NCBI GenBank assembly: GCA_963695225.1
Contig: OY968762.1
Coordinates: 2,816,001 to 2,880,000 of the forward strand
Source of the DNA: Vulcanimicrobiota bacterium
Lineage (GTDB): Bacteria; Vulcanimicrobiota; Vulcanimicrobiia; Vulcanimicrobiales; Vulcanimicrobiaceae
Length of the DNA: 64,000 nt
Reading direction: 5' to 3'
Below the pieces are notes generated by a model. That model saw nothing but the letters and a program-made list of their open reading frames with translations. It did no database searches and was not told the DNA's origin. The first letter of the stretch is position 1, and the number at the start of each line of letters is the position of its first letter. The position numbers were made by a program, and so were the translations under genes. Shown piece by piece: positions 56,633 through 64,000 of the stretch.

Positions 56633-57834
56633 TTCGAGGCTCCTGGGGAGTGTGCCGTCATGCCGCGGGGAGCGGTGACGCTCGCGTAGAGTTGCTCGAG
56701 GGCCTCGCCCATCGCGGCCGAGGAGTAGCGCTCTTCAACCATCTTCCGGCCGGCGCACGCGAGTGATGCTGCACGTGCGGGATATCGGAAGAGTGAGACG
56801 ATGCGATCCGCGGCTGCCTGATGGTCATCTTTCGGAAACAGAAGTAGCCGCAGCGGACCCGTGAGGATATTGGTCGTTCCGGTGACGGCGGAGGCGACCA
56901 CCGGGCGCTCCATCGCGAGCGCCTCCGCGACCGTGTAGCCGAAAGATTCGTAGCGCGCAACGCTCACGAGTACATCGGCTGCAGCAACGTATGGGCGCAC
57001 GTCGGGTTGCCAGCCGGCGATTTGGACGACGGAGCGTAGACCCTGATGCTCGATCTCTCGCTCGACCTCCCCGCGCAGTTCCCCGTCCCCGACCCAAATT
57101 GCTCTCGTGTCCGGGGCGCACGCGCGAACCCTCTTTACGACAGAGAGGAACGCAAGTGGATCCTTCTGATCGGTCATGCGCCCCACCGCAACGAGAAGAG
57201 GGTATTCACCGAGATTGAGTGACTGCCGGGCTGCATCGCGGCAGCGTGGCTCGTAATAAACGGAGTCGATGAAGGGGGTGACTACGGAGACGCGAGATGG
57301 TTCGGCGAGGCCGCAGGATACGATCTCATCGCGTTCGCCTTCCGAAACTGCGGCGAAACGGTCGGTCAGGGGTGCCAACATCCTCTCGATCGCGAGATAT
57401 GTCGGGTTCAGACGGAACGCTAGCGCATGCGGACTATAGATGACGAAAGACCGCTTTGGAAGCGACGCCGCGGCGAGCCGTGCGATCGCTCCAGCCTTCG
57501 ATGAATGCGCGTGAACGATGTCGGGACGCAGGCACGCGATTGCGTTTCGGAGCCTAACGATGCCGCGGAGATCGTCGACCAGGGTGATTTGTCGCAGCAT
57601 GTCGACGGGGAAAGTCATCCATGAGTCCGCCTGCGCCGCATCCAAAAGAGCGGGGAATGCGGCATCGGCGCGGCGCTCGGAATAGGCGAGCATAGAACGA
57701 ATACCTCGACCTCGAACAGCTACGCGTACGTTGTCGAGATAAGCCCGTGTCCCGCCGAGCGTTGCCTCAAGCACGTGCAGGACGCAGAGGTCGCGCGGTT
57801 GCTTGCCAGGCCGCTCGACCTCCGCCGACATCAC
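56629..57834 (-). CDS. GT4 glycosyltransferase
   Basis: HAHSSKAG, GRM..QK and YESFGYTVAEA motifs. Confidence 0.9.
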   Translation of the reverse strand: MMSAEVERPGKQPRDLCVLHVLEATLGGTRAYLDNVRVAVRGRGIRSMLAYSERRADAAFPALLDAAQADSWMTFPVDMLRQITLVDDLRGIVRLRNAIACLRPDIVHAHSSKAGAIARLAAASLPKRSFVIYSPHALAFRLNPTYLAIERMLAPLTDRFAAVSEGERDEIVSCGLAEPSRVSVVTPFIDSVYYEPRCRDAARQSLNLGEYPLLVAVGRMTDQKDPLAFLSVVKRVRACAPDTRAIWVGDGELRGEVEREIEHQGLRSVVQIAGWQPDVRPYVAAADVLVSVARYESFGYTVAEALAMERPVVASAVTGTTNILTGPLRLLLFPKDDHQAAADRIVSLFRYPARAASLACAGRKMVEERYSSAAMGEALEQLYASVTAPRGMTAHSPGASN

Positions 57835-59198
57835 CGATGGACCGCTCTTGGATTACGCATCAGGCCCAGAACGATCCAGAAGAGCAGGCCGTCGAGGGCA
57901 AGGTGCTTATCGCCGAAGAAATCACCGGCAAGCAGCATGATCTGCACGGCAAGAGCGACTGCCGCTACCGTACGTGCCGCGCTGCGATCCGGACCGCGCT
58001 CAACCCACCATATTCGGAAGGCGATGACGATGCTCACGAACAGCACGCCAAGATACGCAAGCGTCCCCAGGATGCCCATCTCGACGAAACGCGACAAGAT
58101 GCCGCTGTCGAGAACTTCCGTTGAGCCGGCTGCCCCGTTGAGTTTCGCAGCAGTTCCGAGCTTCCCAAGTCCGGTTCCGAGCGGATTGATCAGAGCTTCG
58201 CGATAGGCAAGGTCCATTTGTTCGCGGCGGTTGACGGCCGAAAGGTCGCTATCGAGCCGCGCAAACGTGTTAATGCGGGTAAGGATGGTGTTCTGGACAT
58301 CCGTAGTGCCCGTGACGTATGGAAGGTAGGACAGCGCGAGCGCGCAGGCCGCGACTGAACCGGCGATCGCGAGCGCACCACCGATGCGGCGCGGTGACAG
58401 CAGCAGGAGCACTACCAGTCCAAGCGCAAGCCCGACCCAGGCCTCGCGTAACTGGCTCAGAGCGAGCGCCGCCAAAATCACCGTGACCAAAGGTGCGGAA
58501 CGCCACGACAAGATCGGAAATGCGATGAGCAGCGCGAGAACAAGATAGTCGCCTAGTGCTGCAGGCGCATTGAGAACGCTGAACACGCGGATCATATAGG
58601 GCATAGGCGACCCGATCGAGTTCATGTCGGCATTACGCATCCAGGCGGTGTCCCAAGGCGGAGCTGCGACAAACTGATAGATGCCGTAGATCGAGACGAT
58701 CGCGGCCGACCATAAGATGAATCGCGCGAAATCGGAATAGCAAACGGCAGCGTTCGCGCGGCGCCCGCCGAGCCAGACGCCGGCGGCGGCGGGGAGCACC
58801 GCGAGCGTGAACGCATAAAGCGCTGCAGCTGCGTTGCCCGCCGCTATTCCGAACACGAGCGCGTACGCGAATATCCCGGCCCATAAGACGGCGATTGCGC
58901 CGACCGGCGCTTGCGACGCCGCGTGTTTTGAAGCGCGAACCGCAAGCAGGAACGGCAGCAGTGCCACGATAGGCAAAACGCTGACGACGCTGATGGAAGA
59001 GAACCCGTGCTTCCAGTCGATTAGGCGCCTAAGCTCGGGCGCGAATATCCATACCGCAAGGAGTCCCTGGAGGGCAAACCGCCCAAGCCTATCGTCGCGC
59101 GATTCGAGTTCGGCCGTGCGCGGGGCTCGCTGCTGCGGCTTTCCTGTGCGTGAACCCAGGGCGGCTGTGCCCTGCATTATTGCGGGGCCGGCTCGCAT
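57831..59198 (-). CDS. Wzy polymerase / O-antigen ligase family protein
   Basis: Multi-TM; R.FS.LN.P, S...R, P.G.GLG and E.GI.G motifs. Confidence 0.82.
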   Translation of the reverse strand: MRAGPAIMQGTAALGSRTGKPQQRAPRTAELESRDDRLGRFALQGLLAVWIFAPELRRLIDWKHGFSSISVVSVLPIVALLPFLLAVRASKHAASQAPVGAIAVLWAGIFAYALVFGIAAGNAAAALYAFTLAVLPAAAGVWLGGRRANAAVCYSDFARFILWSAAIVSIYGIYQFVAAPPWDTAWMRNADMNSIGSPMPYMIRVFSVLNAPAALGDYLVLALLIAFPILSWRSAPLVTVILAALALSQLREAWVGLALGLVVLLLLSPRRIGGALAIAGSVAACALALSYLPYVTGTTDVQNTILTRINTFARLDSDLSAVNRREQMDLAYREALINPLGTGLGKLGTAAKLNGAAGSTEVLDSGILSRFVEMGILGTLAYLGVLFVSIVIAFRIWWVERGPDRSAARTVAAVALAVQIMLLAGDFFGDKHLALDGLLFWIVLGLMRNPRAVHR

Positions 59199-61244
59199 TT
59201 AGGCGTTTGTCGGATCATCGGCGCCGGTCGCCGGAGCAAGGCTGTCGGCCGGCCGCGGTCTGCCCTTGATAATGGCATGCTGCTGCGACGGGCGCGCCGG
59301 GGCAATGGGCTGCCTGCTGCTGGAGCCGCCGCTTCCCTCGATTGCGACGATCCCGAATACCCGGGCGTCAATACGGGCGAGGACCTCGTCTAGTCGCTGG
59401 TCCCGGTATCCGAGCGGGCGATGGAGGCGGACTGCGATGACTACGCCGTCTGCTGCAGCAGCAAACTGAAGGCCGAGAGCGTCGTCGGCGATTTCACTCG
59501 CGTCGACGATGCAAACATCATATCTTTCCCGCAGGTCATCCGCGAGGCCACGAATACGCGTCGCCGACGTCGCACGGGCGAACGAAGTGCTCGCCAATGA
59601 GATCGCTTCGAGGTTCCGCACGCGTCCATTTACTCCCGGAGCCGTAAACGTCTGCCAATTCGATGGAGCTTCGACGGCGGTTGCGTTTAGAGAGCGCGTC
59701 GCCTCCGGGCGGTGATGATTGATGTCGACGAGCGCGGTTCTATGGCCGGCCTCGGCAAACGAGCGCGCGAGCGCGAGCGCAACGAGAGTCTTGCCGTCGC
59801 CGCGCTCTGCGGACGTGACCACAACGACCCACGGCTTCGTTATTGCGACCTCGATCTCGGCACGCACTGAGCCGATCGCCTTGGCCGCCGTTTTCTCCAA
59901 CTCCGCTCCGTTTCCCGAAGCTATGGCAAGAACGGGGCGTCCGGAAAGTGCCGACAACTCCTCCGGAGTGCGCACGCGCTTCTCAAGGATCTCAATAAAG
60001 TAGGCTAGCGCGATTCCCAGGACGAGGGAGGCGAGAAACGCCGTGACCAGACGTAGGCGGACGTGGCGAGGCAGCACGGTTTCGGCGAGCGTTGCACGAT
60101 CGACAACCAGGACCGAGTTGAGCGCGACTGCCGAGGCCTGGTCGGACAATGCTTTGGTGAGGCTTGCGGAAAGCGTGGCGAGGTTGGCGTTCGCGATATC
60201 ACGTTCCCGCTTAAGCTCAGCGACTCGGACACCGGCGGTAGGCAGCGTGTCTAGCGCGCGGTGCGTCTCAGCGATTTGGGCGTCGATGCGAGCGACGGCG
60301 GCGCGATCTCCTGCTACAGTCGCATGAGCTCTATTGCCCTCCTGAAGTGATGTGGCGTATGTGTGACTCTCGGTCGGCGCCTTTCGTTGGGCATTCTTGA
60401 CGAACGCATCCAGGTCGCGCTTCTCGCGGGCGATCTGCTCGCGCAAAGCCACGACGCCCGGATAGTCCTCCGTGTATTGTGCGCGCTCGCGCGTGAGATC
60501 TGCTTGATCCTGGGCGAGCCGCGTGGACAGGACGCGATACTCGGAGCTAGCGTCCAACTGCTCCTGATTGAATAGCGGAGAGAGTTGTGATGCGGCTTGA
60601 GTCTGTGAAGCAGCTTGCGCCGCGTCTGCGTCGAGCTGCGTCTGTGCCCTCGTACGCGCTGCGTCCAAATCGGCCATCCGCTGCGCTAGGGCGCTCGTTG
60701 TATCCGCGATGCCGAACGCGCTATTCTGCTTCACGGCCAGCTGAAGTTGCCGGTCCAGCCCGACCACTCGGGTTTGGGCGGCGTCTCGTTGTTGGCGCAG
60801 CGATTGGATCAGGTCGTCGTACCGCTTGGAGTGAGTTTCCTTATAGTAGGCTGCGATCTGTTCGGCGACGCCGTTTGCGACTGCCACTGCGAGTTGTGGG
60901 TTCTCATCGCGGTACGTGATGGGTAAGATGTTGGATCCGGGAAATATCGGCGAGGCAAGAGCCTTGCGCATTACCCAGACCGGCGTCTGCAGATGCAGGT
61001 CGTCGCGAATCTTACCGAGGATGTTCGTGCTGCTCGCGAGCGCGCTAAGCTGCATGACGTCGCTCGACTCGGAGTTTGGGTCGTTAGGGGTTGTAGGCGG
61101 CAACATGACCGAGGAGCGTGCTTCGTACGTCGGTGCAACTGTGAGCGTATAGCCGCAAATCAACATCCCTACGGCAACGACCGCAGCGATCGCAATCCAG
61201 CGCCGCCGTAAGACGTTGAGTGCGCGGATAACGACGGTCCCCAT
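59199..61244 (-). CDS. Wzc/GumC-like polysaccharide co-polymerase with a fused P-loop domain
   Basis: Two TM segments flanking a coiled coil; PTYEA; Walker A GDGKT. Confidence 0.85.
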   Translation of the reverse strand: MGTVVIRALNVLRRRWIAIAAVVAVGMLICGYTLTVAPTYEARSSVMLPPTTPNDPNSESSDVMQLSALASSTNILGKIRDDLHLQTPVWVMRKALASPIFPGSNILPITYRDENPQLAVAVANGVAEQIAAYYKETHSKRYDDLIQSLRQQRDAAQTRVVGLDRQLQLAVKQNSAFGIADTTSALAQRMADLDAARTRAQTQLDADAAQAASQTQAASQLSPLFNQEQLDASSEYRVLSTRLAQDQADLTRERAQYTEDYPGVVALREQIAREKRDLDAFVKNAQRKAPTESHTYATSLQEGNRAHATVAGDRAAVARIDAQIAETHRALDTLPTAGVRVAELKRERDIANANLATLSASLTKALSDQASAVALNSVLVVDRATLAETVLPRHVRLRLVTAFLASLVLGIALAYFIEILEKRVRTPEELSALSGRPVLAIASGNGAELEKTAAKAIGSVRAEIEVAITKPWVVVVTSAERGDGKTLVALALARSFAEAGHRTALVDINHHRPEATRSLNATAVEAPSNWQTFTAPGVNGRVRNLEAISLASTSFARATSATRIRGLADDLRERYDVCIVDASEIADDALGLQFAAAADGVVIAVRLHRPLGYRDQRLDEVLARIDARVFGIVAIEGSGGSSSRQPIAPARPSQQHAIIKGRPRPADSLAPATGADDPTNA

Positions 61245-61787
61245 TAGGCGACCTTCATTTGAGCTGACGAGCGTAGCCGGCTCAAGAATGTGTGCGCGCG
61301 CGGAGGGCGGTTAGCACAAGTCGCAGCCGGCGTTCGTACGATCGCAGCGCGGCAAACATGTAGACTCCGTAAGTGGGTGATGTTCACACCTTGCCTCGAG
61401 GCCGCGAATCGATCGAACGAGCACGGGCATGGAGTAGGAAGTGCGAAAATAAGCGGCAGGTCGGGAAAGCAAAACGGTGACCCGCGGGCCGGGAACCGTC
61501 GACGTGCGAGCGGCTTCGCGACGTGAGTGCGGCGAAGGGGCGTGCTCGATGGTATCAAGGCAAGTGTGAGAAAGTCAATCTGACTGGCGCTGCGGCGAGC
61601 ATGCGCATACGCGCATGCGGGTCTGACGTAGTGTGTACCACTGCAGTTGATACTCGTCACGATGCCGAGTCCGTAGGAGATAGGTTCATGGCCGCGCCTT
61701 GCGAGTGTGAAGCGTGTGACGTAGCACGAGTTTAGTCTCCATTATGCGTCTTTGAAACCGGGACAACATGTGCCGGTTGATACGCGA

Positions 61788-61846
61788 TAAATGGGCTGTA
61801 TGGGGTATTTTCGCACTCATGCGCGCTTTGCTAAGCTCAAACGCAG
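61788..61846 (+). promoter_or_regulatory. Repeated promoter element, diverged copy 3
   Basis: AAATGGGCTgtaTGGG, 22 nt, TTTGCTAAGCTCAaACGCAG; same spacing as copies 1 and 2. Confidence 0.7.
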
Positions 61847-62004
61847 GTGAAGTTGTGCGCTATTTCGGTGCACCTAAGGCGCTCTGCGAATCTAGACCGG
61901 CTGAGGGCTTGGTGGTCCGCTCGGCCGGCGCCTTAGCGGAGGCTGAGCTAACCCAATAGGTCATTGCACTACCGCGGCCGGTGGGGAGAGATGAGCTGCG
62001 AGGT

Positions 62005-62976
62005 ATGACGAGCATCGTAGCCGGCGGAGCCGGCTTCTTGGGGAGCCATTTGGTCGATGCGCTCGTGCAGCGCGGAGACGATGTGGTCGTCGTCGACAAT
62101 CTTTCGACCGGCCGGCTTAGCAATCTCGACCGGGCGCTGCGCAGTGGACGCGTGAGATTCGTATTCGCCGACCTCTCATCGATGAAACGCGAAGTCGATG
62201 CGTCAATCGAATCGGCGGTCCGAGGGCGTATCGATCGGATTTTTCACCTAGCGTCTCCGGCAAGCCCGGAGGCGTACGGCTCCGACCCGTGGGGTACGCT
62301 CGCGGTGAACGCGCTCGGAACGATGCGTCTCGCTGAACTCGCCCTGAAGCATTCCGCTGCATTTCTCTTTTCGTCGACATCGGAAGTCTACGGTGATCCC
62401 CTCATTCACCCACAACCGGAGACGTACTTTGGGAACGTCGATCCCATCGGGCCGCGTTCTTGTTACGACGAGGGAAAGCGCTTCGGGGAGGCGACGGTAG
62501 CAGCTGCCGTTCGCTCGCGCGGCCTCGCAGGGAGAATCGTGCGCTACTTCAACTGCTATGGGCCCAGGATGGAGGTCGGCGACGGCCGCCTGATCCCGGC
62601 TCTCGTGGACGCTGCGATGCGTGGAGAGCCGCTGCCGGTGCATGGCGACGGCCGGCAGACGCGATCTCTGACGTACGTTGATGACGCCGTAGCGGCGACG
62701 CTTCTGGTTGCCGATAGTCCCCACACGATTCTTGAACCTGTGAACATCGGGAACGATGACGAGCGGAGCGTTCTTGAAATCGCAAGCGCCGTCGCGCGCG
62801 CTTTCGGCGTCGAATTGGAGGTGCGTCACTTGCCGCCACGGCCGCAGGATCCGCAACGCAGACGACCTGACGCTTCGCGTGCGGCGAGTCTCGGTTGGAC
62901 GCCGCAGACATCGCTCGAGGCCGGCTTAGCGCAAACCATCGCTTGGTTTCGAGAGGCGAGCTTGATCGCCGTGTGA
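62005..62976 (+). CDS. UDP-glucuronate decarboxylase (UDP-xylose synthase-like SDR)
   Basis: GGAGFLGS, HLASPASP, STSEVYGDP and RSCYDEGKR motifs. Confidence 0.9.
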   Translation: MTSIVAGGAGFLGSHLVDALVQRGDDVVVVDNLSTGRLSNLDRALRSGRVRFVFADLSSMKREVDASIESAVRGRIDRIFHLASPASPEAYGSDPWGTLAVNALGTMRLAELALKHSAAFLFSSTSEVYGDPLIHPQPETYFGNVDPIGPRSCYDEGKRFGEATVAAAVRSRGLAGRIVRYFNCYGPRMEVGDGRLIPALVDAAMRGEPLPVHGDGRQTRSLTYVDDAVAATLLVADSPHTILEPVNIGNDDERSVLEIASAVARAFGVELEVRHLPPRPQDPQRRRPDASRAASLGWTPQTSLEAGLAQTIAWFREASLIAV

Positions 62977-63400
62977 GGCGCGAAGATCTCCGACCGCCTG
63001 AGGCACTTTCTCGCGCGCCTCGCGCCAGAATATGGGGTCCCCCAGGCGGTGCGGCGAAGCCTGCCGCTCCGCGCTGCTTGCGGAGCGTTAGCGCGCGCCG
63101 GCCGGCCCCGCCAAGGGCCGCCCTCCCGCTCGCACGAAGCGGCGACACACGGCTGCCTCGCCGCGCTTTTCGAGAGGATGCGTTATGCGCGTTGTGCGCA
63201 GTACTGACGTGAGGGCTGCCATAGCGCGATCAGAATCATCGCGTCCGCAGCACCACAGGATCGCGCTGCCACAGTTGTTCTGGTTGATCGCTGCAAGCCG
63301 ATGACGATTCTTCGCGGGGACGACGTCGATTAGTCAAGTACTCCATACCACCCAAGAGCCGCCGGCCCGAAGATCCGTCGCGGGTTCGACATTTATCGTC

Positions 63401-64000
63401 ATGGCGGCTTCGGCGCTCTCCGCGCTGTTAGGGTTCGGTCGCGAGATCGTCTTCGCGCATTTCTACGGTACGAGTTCGGCAATGGACGCCTTCCTCAATG
63501 CCTCGACGATCCCGACGATTCTGTTCGGCGTCTTCAGTGGGGCGCTCGTCAGCGCGCTCGTCCCTGCGTTTAGCGAGTTTACGAGTCAAGGGCGCTCCGA
63601 AGAGGTGGGAAAGCTCGGCAGCACCGTGATCAACGCGCTCCTCCTACTGATGTCCGGGCTCGCCGTGCTCGGATGCATCCTCGCGCCGGCCTTCGTCCCG
63701 GTGATCGCTCACGGTTTCCCGAGCGCTGAGCAGGACCTGGTCGTGCAAATGGTGCGCTGGCTAATGCCGGGCATCGTAGCAACGACCCTTGCCGGCGTTT
63801 GCGCCGCGATGCTCAACGCGAATCACCGGTTTCTGTCATCGTCGCTTGTGCCGATTGCGACGAATCTCGTGACGATCGGGTGCGTCATCGCGCTCTATCG
63901 TGAGCTTGGCATCTTTGCGCTCGTTCTGGGATCCGTCGCTGGTGCTTTCGCGCAGGTGCTGGTGCAGGCGCCGGAGATCCTGAGGCGTGGACTCTATCGC
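63401..64000 (+). CDS. MurJ/MviN-family flippase, 3'-truncated by the window; may start slightly upstream
   Basis: Hand translation gives LS.LLGFGRE..FA.FYG....DAF..A..IP..LF...SGAL.SALVP. Confidence 0.88.
   Translation, partial: MAASALSALLGFGREIVFAHFYGTSSAMDAFLNASTIPTILFGVFSGALVSALVPAFSEFTSQGRSEEVGKLGSTVINALLLLMSGLAVLGCILAPAFVPVIAHGFPSAEQDLVVQMVRWLMPGIVATTLAGVCAAMLNANHRFLSSSLVPIATNLVTIGCVIALYRELGIFALVLGSVAGAFAQVLVQAPEILRRGLYR

Overview
High-GC bacterial chromosome segment. The gene repertoire, Gram-positive-type SOS boxes and TonB/ExbBD genes suggest a diderm Terrabacteria lineage such as Ca. Eremiobacterota (inference only). There are three zones. (1) About 1-25.5 kb, housekeeping: GT4s, rsmA, a G5/3D wall protein, an SOS-box-led RNase H-like gene plus 3-methyladenine glycosylase, rluB-aroH-tyrA, TonB_C-TPR/exbB/exbD/exbD/tonB, uppP, moaC/mog, folCPBK, accB-like/accC/nusB/PBP1A/xseAB. 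(2) About 25.5-41 kb, accessory: a visibly lower-GC AbiE-led island with helical hypotheticals, Uma2, hipBA next to a (CCCGAT)n tract, SulP, nitrilase, a solo DUF2442-like gene, a lipoprotein and a beta-carbonic anhydrase. (3) About 41.3-64 kb, a polysaccharide locus with a repeated promoter element and three tandem clan GH-A lipoproteins. Best leads: a BCCP homolog in the accB position that lacks the biotin-accepting lysine (resembles plant BADC) and is coupled to a slightly atypical accC; a putatively LexA-repressed, catalytically degenerate RNase H-like protein ending in a ClpX-type LAA degron; and an XseB ending in an SSB-like DDEEIPF tail. All family calls come from motif recognition by eye; no searches were run.
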